Shown here one piece after another: positions 9,611 to 18,147 of a stretch of 64,000 bases of DNA. The translations under genes and the position numbers were made by a program. The stretch covers positions 3,834 through 67,833 of the forward strand of contig CAZYWJ010000002.1 in NCBI GenBank assembly GCA_964651785.1, given 5' to 3'. The stretch's first letter is position 1. Each line of letters starts with the position of its first letter. Source of the DNA: an uncultured Cryomorphaceae bacterium (GTDB lineage Bacteria > Bacteroidota > Bacteroidia > Flavobacteriales_D > Cryomorphaceae). The notes under the pieces are model-generated. The model was not told where the DNA came from. It made no database searches and saw only the letters and a program-made list of their open reading frames with translations.

Positions 9611-10297
9611 TCAATCCAAATAAGTTAAAAATTCGTTTCTCACATCTTTATCTGAAAATGAGCCGTGAAAACTCGTGGTTACCGTACTGCTGGCATCATC
9701 CTCAACTCCACGCATCGATACGCACATATGTTTAGCATCAATCATTACTGCCACATCATTCGTTTTCAACAGACGCTTTAGTTCTTCTGCTATCTGTATG
9801 GTTAGTCTTTCCTGTACTTGAGGTCGCTTGGCGTAATACTGAACTATGCGATTGATTTTAGAAAGCCCGATAACCTTACCGTTCGATTTATATGCTACAT
9901 GTGCCCTGCCTACGATGGGAACAAAATGGTGCTCACAGAAAGATTTGACCGTAATGTCCTTTTCGACCAACATTTCCCGATATTGATATTTATTTTCAAA
10001 GAGCGCTACTTTGGGTTTATTCCTAGGATTCAATCCACTGAATACCTCATCTACGTACATCTTTGCAACTCTACCGGGAGTTCCTTTCAAACTATCATCC
10101 GTCAGATCTAATCCAAGGACCTTCATTATTTCAGCAAAATGCTGAGTAATCTTTTTCTTCTTCTCGTCATCTGAAAGGTCAAATGCATCTGACCTCATCG
10201 GGGTTTCCGTCGATGTCATGACATGTTCATCCCCTATCATCTCATTGATATCAATGAGATCATCCTTCACATTCGACGAAATTCCGTTCAGTTTCAT
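9611..10297 (-). CDS. folE: GTP cyclohydrolase I
   Basis: 228 aa with SLKGTPGRVAKMY, FCEHHFVPIVGRAHVAY and QERLT motifs. Confidence 0.9.
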   Translation of the reverse strand: MKLNGISSNVKDDLIDINEMIGDEHVMTSTETPMRSDAFDLSDDEKKKKITQHFAEIMKVLGLDLTDDSLKGTPGRVAKMYVDEVFSGLNPRNKPKVALFENKYQYREMLVEKDITVKSFCEHHFVPIVGRAHVAYKSNGKVIGLSKINRIVQYYAKRPQVQERLTIQIAEELKRLLKTNDVAVMIDAKHMCVSMRGVEDDASSTVTTSFHGSFSDKDVRNEFLTYLD

Positions 10298-10667
10298 ACA
10301 GTGTTATTTTTAAATCCAACTTTTTATTCAACTCTTCCCTCAAAATTTTCCAGATCACTGCCGCAATATTCTCGGCAGTCGGATTCAAATTCTTAAACTC
10401 TTCCGTTTCAATATTTAAGTTTTTATGATCAAATCGGTCTTCTATTTTTTCCTTTATCAAATCCTTAAGGACCTTCATGTCGATAACATAGCCTGAATCG
10501 GGATTGATCTCCCCTTTTACACTTACGATCAAATTATAATTATGGCCGTGGTAGTGCGGGTTGTTGCATTTTCCAAAAACCTCTTGATTTTTTTCGGCAC
10601 TCCAATCAGGATTGTGAAGCCTGTGGGCTGCATTAAAATGTGCCTTTCGAGAAACGGTAACTTTCAC
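10260..10667 (-). CDS. 6-pyruvoyl-tetrahydropterin synthase / QueD-family protein (eukaryote-like PTPS type)
   Basis: 135 aa with a GTG start. FNAAHRLHNP, FGKCNNPHYHGHNY and the C-terminal LYETERNFVECEG closely resemble animal PTPS as I recall it. Confidence 0.8.
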   Translation of the reverse strand: MKVTVSRKAHFNAAHRLHNPDWSAEKNQEVFGKCNNPHYHGHNYNLIVSVKGEINPDSGYVIDMKVLKDLIKEKIEDRFDHKNLNIETEEFKNLNPTAENIAAVIWKILREELNKKLDLKITLYETERNFVECEG

Positions 10668-10724
10668 TTAATTCTATTGGTTATATCAGTCGGCTTATGT
10701 AACAAGTGCGAATAGCGATTGTTG

Positions 10725-11252
10725 CTAAGCTCTTTCTAAGGAAGAGTAATATTCCGACATCCTTTCAAATAAAAGTTTGAACCATGGGGTAAATGTCTCC
10801 GGACGATTACGTACTTCATCACGTATCTCATTAAGCGACATATAGCGGTATTGCTGCACTTCGGAGGGATTTGGCTCTAACTTTCCCTCGTAAATTCCGA
10901 AAAAGACCTCGTCGTATTCATGTTCGATAAGCCCGTTTTCTAAAATAGCCCGATAGCTGAAGTCAAATGCTTTTTTTACTTCAGTGTAAAAACCCATTTC
11001 CTGGATCATTTTTCTTCGAAGCGCCTCTTCGTGTGCTTCTCCCGGTCTGGGGTGTGAGCAGACCGCATTTGTCCAGAGTCCGCCGCAGTGATATTTCGAA
11101 TCTGCCCTCTGATGAATGAGCATTTCGCCTTTTGTATTAAATATGAAAATTGAAAATGCTCGATGCAACAGGCCCTTCCTATGGACTTCCATTTTTTCCA
11201 TGGTACCCACTTGCCTGTTTTCAGTGTCAACCAGGATAACCCGTTCAATCAT
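10725..11252 (-). CDS. idi: isopentenyl-diphosphate delta-isomerase, type 1 (Nudix)
   Basis: 175 aa with LLHRAFSIFIFN, CSHPRPGE and EHEYDEVFFG. Confidence 0.9.
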   Translation of the reverse strand: MIERVILVDTENRQVGTMEKMEVHRKGLLHRAFSIFIFNTKGEMLIHQRADSKYHCGGLWTNAVCSHPRPGEAHEEALRRKMIQEMGFYTEVKKAFDFSYRAILENGLIEHEYDEVFFGIYEGKLEPNPSEVQQYRYMSLNEIRDEVRNRPETFTPWFKLLFERMSEYYSSLERA

Positions 11253-12088
11253 TACAATAGATTAAAACTGTGGCGAACATAGCTGCTAAAGAAAAGAGCA
11301 AATTTTCGCTTATTGCTTATGCGCACCCGGTATGTCAAGATGTCTTGGGTAGACTTGTTTTTAATTTTTTTGAAAAGCTTGAAATAATAGACATAGGCTA
11401 CAAATACGCCGAATCTCGCGTCTTTAGGCAATTGCTTAATTCCTTCATAGCCCTTGGCAAAATCTTCTTCAATATCCGCCTCAATTGCTCGACGTTCTTC
11501 TTCTCCGAATTTTTGGAGATCGACACCCGGAAAATAGGTGCGACCTAAAGCTTTAAAATCAGCGTGTAGGTCTCTCAGGAAGTTGATTTTTTGGAAAGCA
11601 GCACCCAGCTTCATCGCGAAAGGCTTTAATTCTTCATATCTTTCCTTATCGCCTCGCAAGAACACGCTAAGACACATTAAACCTACTACTTCGGCTGACC
11701 CGAGAATGTATTCTTCGTACTCTTCTCTACTATAAGAATCTTTGTACAGATCCATCTCCATGCTCTTGAGGAAAGTTTGGATGCAATCGAGATCGATACC
11801 ATAATTTCTTACTACCTGCTGAAAACTATTCAGAATCGGATTCAGACTGATTCCTTCATCGATAGCGCGATAGGTGTCTGACTTAAATTCATCGAGCAAT
11901 TTTTTCTTGTCATAGCCGTGAAAGGTATCTACGATTTCATCAGCAAATCGTACAAAGCCATAAATTGAATAAATCGGATTTCGAAGATCGGGAGCTAAAA
12001 ATCTAATTCCCAGCGAAAAAGAAGTGCTGTAAGCTTGGGTAGTTAGCTTACTGCATTTTACTGAGACATCGTCAAAGAGTTCTTTCAT
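11252..12088 (-). CDS. crtB: phytoene synthase
   Basis: 278 aa squalene/phytoene synthase family protein: SFSLGIRFL, YGFVRFADEIVD, NFLRDLHAD. Confidence 0.9.
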   Translation of the reverse strand: MKELFDDVSVKCSKLTTQAYSTSFSLGIRFLAPDLRNPIYSIYGFVRFADEIVDTFHGYDKKKLLDEFKSDTYRAIDEGISLNPILNSFQQVVRNYGIDLDCIQTFLKSMEMDLYKDSYSREEYEEYILGSAEVVGLMCLSVFLRGDKERYEELKPFAMKLGAAFQKINFLRDLHADFKALGRTYFPGVDLQKFGEEERRAIEADIEEDFAKGYEGIKQLPKDARFGVFVAYVYYFKLFKKIKNKSTQDILTYRVRISNKRKFALFFSSYVRHSFNLL

Positions 12089-12096
12089 GGTTCTGA

Positions 12097-13569
12097 TTAA
12101 CCGGCTTTCATTACTTCTTTAGCCACTACCGCTCCCGAAATCAGCGAAGGAGGTACACCCGGTCCGGGCACCGTCAATTGACCTGTATAAAACAAGTTTT
12201 TCAATCGCTTATTTCTCAATGATGGCTTCAGCACTGCCGTTTGATTTAATGTGTTCGCGAGGCCATAAGCATTGCCTTTAAACGAGTTGTAATCTCGCAT
12301 GAAGTCGCTACAGGCAAAATCTCGTCTGAAAATAACATGTTCTCTAATATTTTGTTTGAAGGTATTCTCCATCCGTTTGATTACCAAATCAAAATAGCGA
12401 TCTTTCACTTTTTGATCGTCTGCCAGACCCGGTGCAGTAGGAATCAAGATAAAAATATTCTCGCAGCCGACGGGCGCCACATTAGGATCCGTCACGGATG
12501 TGGCCGATACATAAAACAATGGTTCATCGGGCCATTCAGGGTCGTCATAAATCTGTTGAGCATGCTTTTCAAAATCAGTGTCAAAAAACAAATTGTGGTG
12601 AAGAATTCCATCAATTTTTTTGTCAAGCCCTACATAATACAAAATACTGGATGGCGCCATAGTTCTGGTTTCCCAATATTTTTGAGAATAGTTTCGCACC
12701 TTTTCCGGCAATAACATCGACTCGGTATGGTGATAATCGGCACCGGACACGATAAAGTCTGCGCTGAAATTTTTTCCGTCACTCAATTCTATCCCCGTCG
12801 CTTTGCCATTTTCAAATCTTATTTGTTTCACGTTGGCTGAAGTGTGAAACTTCACACCATACTCCTCAGCCAACGAAACCATCGCTTCTACGATTTTGTG
12901 CATCCCTCCCATGGGATACCATGTTCCGAGAGCGATATCGGCATAATTCATTAAACTATACAGGGCAGGAGTATGCGATGCTTTTGCTCCCAAGAAAAGA
13001 ACGGGAAACTCAAGGAGTTCAATCAGGTATGGATTTGTAAAATACTTTCGAACGTGAGAAGACAGAGAGCTGAACAACTGCAGTCGGAAGGCACTTTTTA
13101 TCACGCGCCAATCAGCAAACTCAGTCAAACTCTGACCGGGTTTGTATACCAAGTCATTCATTCCGACTTCGTATTTATACGCTGCTTCGGTCATAAACTT
13201 CTTCAAGGCTGAACTGCTACCCGGCTCATATTTTTCAAATAGCTCATACATGCCTTGCATTGAAGCGGGCAAGTCCATTTGGTGATCCTCTGAAAAGTAA
13301 ATGCGATAAGACGGATCCAAGCGGATCAAATCGTAGTAGTCGCTAACGGATTTTCCGAATTTATTAAAGTACCGTTCAAAGACATCGGGCATCCAATACC
13401 AGCTAGGCCCCATATCGAAAGTGAAGCCATCTTGTTCAAATTTTCGGGCGCGTCCGCCCAAAGAGTCATTCTTTTCAAACACTTCTACTTCGTAGCCCTG
13501 ATGAGCCAAATGTGTAGCAACAGAAAGTCCGGCAAAGCCGGACCCTATGACAATAACTCTATGTTTCAT
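12097..13569 (-). CDS. crtI: phytoene desaturase
   Basis: 490 aa. N-terminal FAD fold VIVIGSGFAGLSVATHLAHQGYEVEVFEKNDSLGGRA and C-terminal TVPGPGVPPSLISG. Confidence 0.9.
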   Translation of the reverse strand: MKHRVIVIGSGFAGLSVATHLAHQGYEVEVFEKNDSLGGRARKFEQDGFTFDMGPSWYWMPDVFERYFNKFGKSVSDYYDLIRLDPSYRIYFSEDHQMDLPASMQGMYELFEKYEPGSSSALKKFMTEAAYKYEVGMNDLVYKPGQSLTEFADWRVIKSAFRLQLFSSLSSHVRKYFTNPYLIELLEFPVLFLGAKASHTPALYSLMNYADIALGTWYPMGGMHKIVEAMVSLAEEYGVKFHTSANVKQIRFENGKATGIELSDGKNFSADFIVSGADYHHTESMLLPEKVRNYSQKYWETRTMAPSSILYYVGLDKKIDGILHHNLFFDTDFEKHAQQIYDDPEWPDEPLFYVSATSVTDPNVAPVGCENIFILIPTAPGLADDQKVKDRYFDLVIKRMENTFKQNIREHVIFRRDFACSDFMRDYNSFKGNAYGLANTLNQTAVLKPSLRNKRLKNLFYTGQLTVPGPGVPPSLISGAVVAKEVMKAG

Positions 13570-13574
13570 TGAAA

Positions 13575-14081
13575 TTAATGGTAATCAGGTAAGGCAAGCA
13601 TTAATTTCTTGCGAGCGAGAAATATACGACTTTTGATAGTTCCGATGGGCAAATTTAATTTTGCTGCTATCTCTTTGTACTTAAATCCACGATTATACAT
13701 CTGAAAAGGAACGCGGTATTCATCTTCCAATCGATCAATTTCTTTTTTGATCTGATCGTGTGAAATAACACTTTCGGGATTTGTATTGCCCTTGGTGGTC
13801 GCCGCAGTATTGATGTAATACTGTTCATCGGTTTTGTCAATAATCGTATTAGCACGAACCGCCTTGCGATAATTATTGATAAAGGTATTGCGCATAATTG
13901 TGTACAGCCATGCCTTCAGATTGGTGCGAGCTTGAAATTTATCGCGGTAGGTAAGTGCTTTCAGGTAGGTCTCCTGCAAAAGATCATTCGCAGCTTCATC
14001 ATCATTTGTGAATCCGTAAGCGAAAGATTTGAGAGACTTTTGGTAGGTTATAAGTAGTTTGTCGAAGTCGTAATTGCTCAT
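13575..14081 (-). CDS. ECF-type RNA polymerase sigma-70 factor
   Basis: 168 aa. Region 2 reads DLLQETYLKAL...WLYTIMRN and region 4 reads YKEIAAKLNLPIGTIKSRIFLARKKL. It lies 6 nt upstream of crtI, and no anti-sigma gene is adjacent. Confidence 0.85.
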   Translation of the reverse strand: MSNYDFDKLLITYQKSLKSFAYGFTNDDEAANDLLQETYLKALTYRDKFQARTNLKAWLYTIMRNTFINNYRKAVRANTIIDKTDEQYYINTAATTKGNTNPESVISHDQIKKEIDRLEDEYRVPFQMYNRGFKYKEIAAKLNLPIGTIKSRIFLARKKLMLALPDYH

Positions 14082-14105
14082 GGTCTTTTATTTTTGATGG
14101 CGATT

Positions 14106-14135
14106 TGTTTAACAAATGTAGAAAATAGTTAAACA
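14106..14135. promoter_or_regulatory. inverted repeat TGTTTAAC-N14-GTTAAACA (candidate operator, IR-a) overlapping a putative promoter of the sigma/crt operon
   Basis: Perfect 8-bp arms at 14106-14113 and 14128-14135. The spacer contains, on the minus strand, TACATTTG (14113-14120), which matches the Bacteroidota -7 box TAnnTTTG about 32 nt upstream of the sigma-factor ATG. Confidence 0.5.
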
Positions 14136-14240
14136 AAACCAAACTCATGTTGAACCATTTCCAAGACGTAGTAAACGACTTCGCAATTATTGTACCACCT
14201 AAAATATTGATTTACAATAACGATTACCCTGAAAAGAGGG

Positions 14241-14270
14241 CGTTTAAGAATAATCGAATAGCGTTAAACA
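14241..14270. promoter_or_regulatory. inverted repeat CGTTTAAG-N14-GTTAAACA (candidate operator, IR-b)
   Basis: It has the same GTTTAA/TTAAAC core and the same 14-nt spacer as IR-a. It lies immediately 3' of the MerR/LitR gene stop. Confidence 0.4.
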
Positions 14271-14274
14271 GAAA

Positions 14275-15156
14275 TTACGCGCTCTCCAAGTGCGCTTTAA
14301 AATCTGAAAGAGATTGATTGTAATACAACTTCTCAGATCGGATAATCCCGGATGTATCCTCCAGCCTGTTTACCAAGAAAATTTGCTGAGAAGGAAATAA
14401 GTTAAGTAAGTCTTGCAACAACTTATTAATGCTTATGGGATCGCTGATGCTCAGTGAAGATGTTATAATATAATCCGCAGGATTCTGTGCATTTACCGTA
14501 ACAACGTCATTTAAAGGAACGGATTGACCAAGATATATGACGTGATGACCTGCCTTTTGAATTAAATAGCTGTAGAAAAGAAGTCCCAACTCGTGCAATT
14601 CACCCTCGGGCAAAAAGAGTAGAAAGCGTTTAGCATTCTGCTTAGCCATTAATCCTTGGCTATCAATAGCGACAATCAGTTTTTGACGTATCAGGTTGCT
14701 AATGAAATGTTCTTGTGCGGGATTGATCGCACCGGCTTGCCACAAGACACCCACCTTTTTAAAAAACGGGTAGATTATCTTTAATACCGTTTGTTCGAAG
14801 CCCAATCTCAACGTGCAATTGGCAAGTATTTTTTCAAATCTGGACTCATCCACCTCAACCATAGCCACCACTAGAGATTCTATCTGAAGATTTTCTTCTA
14901 CCTCTTCTGAGGAAATTTCAATGACTTTCTGTCGCAGTTCCTCCGCAGATAGGCCAACAATTTTGGAAATCTTAATCCCATAATTGTTTAAGATGGCGAT
15001 ATTGAGGATCTTCTTGAGCTGCTCATTTGTGTAATACCGTATATTCGTATCCGTTCGGTTAGGCTCAATTATCCCGTAGCGTTTTTCCCAAATACGAAGG
15101 GTGTGGGCCTTGATACCCGAAATTCGTTCGATGTCTTTAATTGAATAACTTCCCAT
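14275..15156 (-). CDS. MerR-family, B12-binding light-responsive regulator (CarH/LitR type)
   Basis: N-terminal MerR HTH (YSIKDIERISGIKAHTLRIWEKRYGII). The C-terminal domain carries W-x9-EH (WQAGAINPAQEH) and E-x-H-x-x-G (ELHELG), the AdoB12-binding signatures of CarH. Confidence 0.8.
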   Translation of the reverse strand: MGSYSIKDIERISGIKAHTLRIWEKRYGIIEPNRTDTNIRYYTNEQLKKILNIAILNNYGIKISKIVGLSAEELRQKVIEISSEEVEENLQIESLVVAMVEVDESRFEKILANCTLRLGFEQTVLKIIYPFFKKVGVLWQAGAINPAQEHFISNLIRQKLIVAIDSQGLMAKQNAKRFLLFLPEGELHELGLLFYSYLIQKAGHHVIYLGQSVPLNDVVTVNAQNPADYIITSSLSISDPISINKLLQDLLNLFPSQQIFLVNRLEDTSGIIRSEKLYYNQSLSDFKAHLESA

Positions 15157-15200
15157 AACTAATCTTCTGCCCGATTATTCAACACCGTGATTTTTAATAT

Positions 15201-15231
15201 TGTTTAATTTTTGATCGCCAAACATTAAACA
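15201..15231. promoter_or_regulatory. inverted repeat TGTTTAAT-N15-ATTAAACA (candidate operator, IR-c) in the litR-uvrC divergent region
   Basis: Perfect 8-bp arms at 15201-15208 and 15224-15231, with the same half-site core as IR-a and IR-b. Confidence 0.45.
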
Positions 15232-15296
15232 AAGCTACAAAAGGGTCGTCATATAATCTACTACCCTTTATATTTTGAAAACTATCCTCCTTAATT

Positions 15297-17090
15297 TTGA
15301 ACGTGGATTTAACGGAAAAAATTAAACTGCTCCCGCAAAAACCCGGCGTGTATCAATTCAAGGATTCCACCGGTAAGATCATTTACGTAGGTAAAGCAAA
15401 AAGCCTTCGAAATCGCGTTAATTCTTATTTCATGAAACACGGCGGTCACTCCGGAAGGACCCGCGTCATGATCAAGAAAATCGCGGATTTTTCTTTCATC
15501 GTTGTGGAGTCTGAGTTAGATGCACTTCTTCTGGAAAATAACCTCATTAAAAAATACAATCCTCGCTACAACGTTGCGCTCAAGGATGATAAGACGTTTC
15601 CGTGGCTATGCATTAAAAACGAACGCTTCCCTTCCATCTTTCCTACCAGGACTAAGATTAAGGACGGATCGGAATACTTCGGGCCTTATGCTTCGGTGAA
15701 GACCATGAAAACCCTCTTGAAACTGATCAGGCGGATTTACAAAATCAGGACTTGCAAGTATGACTTGAGCCAATCAAATATTGAGAAGGGGAAATTTAAG
15801 GTTTGCCTGGAATACCATATCGGAAACTGCCTGGGACCTTGCGAAGGAAAGCAGACCGAAGAGGATTACATGTCCCAAATTAGCGACATCAGAGAAATCA
15901 TAAAAGGGAACGTCTCCGGAGTCATTTCCCATCTGGAGTCGCGGATGAAGTACTATTCAGAAAAATTAGAATTCGAACTTGCGCAAGACATTAAAGACAA
16001 AATTGACCAACTCAACTCTTACAAAAGCAAAAGCACCATCGTAAATCCTTCGGTGGGAAATGTCGACGTGTTTGGTTTGGTCACGGACCTTCACAACGCT
16101 TATGTGAACTTTATGAAAGTGGTGGACGGATCGATTATCCAAAGCCATACCATGACGTTTAAGAAACGGCTTGATGAGAGTGATGCCGAACTCATCACAC
16201 AAGGAATTGCGGAAATCAAAACGGAGTATGATACGCTTTTCCGAGATATCATCGTCGGGACAAAACCCGAAATCAATACAGACGAATACCGTTTCACCAT
16301 CCCTCAACGCGGCGATAAGAAAAAGCTGCTGGAACTATCAGAACGCAACGCGAAATATTTCATGATGGATCGCCACAAACAAACCAAATTTGCCGATCCT
16401 GAAAAGCATACCGAGCGACTGATGGAGCAAATGAAAAAAGATTTGCGCCTGAGCGAAGCACCTACTCACTTAGAATGTTTTGACAACTCAAACTTCCAAG
16501 GAACCAATGCCGTGGCGGCCTGTGTTGTATTTCGCAACGGTAAGCCGAGCAAGAAAGAGTACCGCCATTTTAATATCAAGACCGTTCAGGGACCCGATGA
16601 TTTTGCCAGCATGAAGGAAGTGGTTTATCGTCGGTACAAAAGATTGATTGATGAAGGAGAAGATTTGCCTCAGCTCATCATCGTAGACGGCGGTAAAGGT
16701 CAACTAAGTTCAGCACTGGAAAGTTTGGATCAACTAGGGATACGCGGAAAGGTGGCTATCGTAGGAATTGCCAAGCGATTGGAAGAGGTGTTTTATCCGG
16801 GAGATACGGCGCCGCTGTATATCGATAAGTCGAGCGAAACGCTCAAAGTTATACAGCACGCACGAAACGAGGCTCACCGATTCGGGATAACCCACCACCG
16901 AAACAAGCGCAGCAATACAGCCATCCAAACTGAGCTCACGTCCATTCCGGGAATCGGAGAGGCTACGGCCAATCAACTACTTAAGCGATTTACTTCCGTG
17001 AAAAGAATTAAAGAGACTTCGCTGGAAGATATTGCCAATGAAATAGGGCCCTCGAAGGCGAAAGCCGTAAGAACTTGGTTTGACGCCTAG
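15297..17090 (+). CDS. uvrC: excinuclease ABC subunit C
   Basis: 597 aa. N-terminal GIY-YIG (PGVYQFKDSTGKIIYVGKAKSLRNRV), UvrBC domain, and C-terminal RNase H-like and HhH domains. Start is TTG or GTG. Confidence 0.9.
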   Translation: MNVDLTEKIKLLPQKPGVYQFKDSTGKIIYVGKAKSLRNRVNSYFMKHGGHSGRTRVMIKKIADFSFIVVESELDALLLENNLIKKYNPRYNVALKDDKTFPWLCIKNERFPSIFPTRTKIKDGSEYFGPYASVKTMKTLLKLIRRIYKIRTCKYDLSQSNIEKGKFKVCLEYHIGNCLGPCEGKQTEEDYMSQISDIREIIKGNVSGVISHLESRMKYYSEKLEFELAQDIKDKIDQLNSYKSKSTIVNPSVGNVDVFGLVTDLHNAYVNFMKVVDGSIIQSHTMTFKKRLDESDAELITQGIAEIKTEYDTLFRDIIVGTKPEINTDEYRFTIPQRGDKKKLLELSERNAKYFMMDRHKQTKFADPEKHTERLMEQMKKDLRLSEAPTHLECFDNSNFQGTNAVAACVVFRNGKPSKKEYRHFNIKTVQGPDDFASMKEVVYRRYKRLIDEGEDLPQLIIVDGGKGQLSSALESLDQLGIRGKVAIVGIAKRLEEVFYPGDTAPLYIDKSSETLKVIQHARNEAHRFGITHHRNKRSNTAIQTELTSIPGIGEATANQLLKRFTSVKRIKETSLEDIANEIGPSKAKAVRTWFDA

Positions 17091-18088
17091 GGTGCCAGTC
17101 GGTCGGCTAAGATTCTAATCTCTACCACCGGGGAGATTTTCTGATAAATAATGTTGTAAACCGCCTCTGCTATCGGCATATCGACTTCCATTTTGCGATT
17201 GAGCTCGTAGACACTTTTCGTGGCAAAATAGCCCTCGGCGATCATGTCCATCTCAAGTTGGGCGGTTTTCACCGAATACCCTTTTCCCAGCATATAACCG
17301 AAAGATCTGTTTCGTGAAAATTTGGAATAGCCCGTTACCAAAAGGTCTCCGAGGTAGGCCGGTTCTTTTACATCGCGGTGAAAAGGATTCAGCTTGTCCA
17401 AGAAGCGCTCCATCTCCATAATCGCAGCCGACATGAGTATGGCTTGAAAATTATCGCCGTAACCGAGGCCACCGCAAACTCCCGAAGCAATAGCGTATAT
17501 GTTTTTCAAAACGGCGGCAAGCTCAGCTCCAAAAAGGTCTTCACTGATGCTGGTTTTCATAAATCTCGCCGAAAGCATCTCAGCCATCATGCGTGCATTC
17601 GACTCATCCATACAGGCCAAGGTCAAATAAGACAACCGTTCCATAGCTACCTCTTCTGCGTGGCACGGGCCGCATATCACCCCGATATCATCATAAGCGA
17701 TTTCAAACTCCTTATTGAAGTATCTGGCGGGAATCGACTCAGTTTCGGGAATAATTCCTTTAATGGCTGAAAAAACGATCTTGTTTTTGAAATCTTTCGC
17801 CGATAAATCCTGCAAAGAATTGTGAACGAACGCGGAAGGAATGGCCACAATCAGTACGTCAGATTTACTCACGATTTCCGCGACATCAGTCGATAGATGA
17901 ATCTTCTCCGTGTCGAACTGCACGGCTCTGAGGTAATTCGGGTTGTGATTGAATTTTCTGAGGTGATCAACGGCATCCTGATTTCTCATCCACCAATTGA
18001 TATGGCTGTTTTTCTCGGAGAGAACCTTCGCCAGAGCGGTAGCCCATGAGCCTCCACCGATTACACCTATCCTTTTTTCGTTTGCCAT
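17087..18088 (-). CDS. gpsA: NAD(P)H-dependent glycerol-3-phosphate dehydrogenase
   Basis: 333 aa with IGVIGGGSWATALAKVL and the typical GpsA C-terminal domain. Confidence 0.9.
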   Translation of the reverse strand: MANEKRIGVIGGGSWATALAKVLSEKNSHINWWMRNQDAVDHLRKFNHNPNYLRAVQFDTEKIHLSTDVAEIVSKSDVLIVAIPSAFVHNSLQDLSAKDFKNKIVFSAIKGIIPETESIPARYFNKEFEIAYDDIGVICGPCHAEEVAMERLSYLTLACMDESNARMMAEMLSARFMKTSISEDLFGAELAAVLKNIYAIASGVCGGLGYGDNFQAILMSAAIMEMERFLDKLNPFHRDVKEPAYLGDLLVTGYSKFSRNRSFGYMLGKGYSVKTAQLEMDMIAEGYFATKSVYELNRKMEVDMPIAEAVYNIIYQKISPVVEIRILADRLAP

Positions 18089-18147
18089 TATTTCGCGGTC
18101 GATAAAGATAGGAATGTTCTTAGATTCGAATTTTCAAATAATAGTTT

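Noticed and set aside
10260-10667. Calling the PTPS-like gene queD (queuosine pathway).
   Set aside because: The motifs look like animal-type PTPS rather than E. coli QueD, and no queC or queE is nearby. Bifunctional or QueD activity cannot be excluded from sequence alone, so the gene symbol is left blank.
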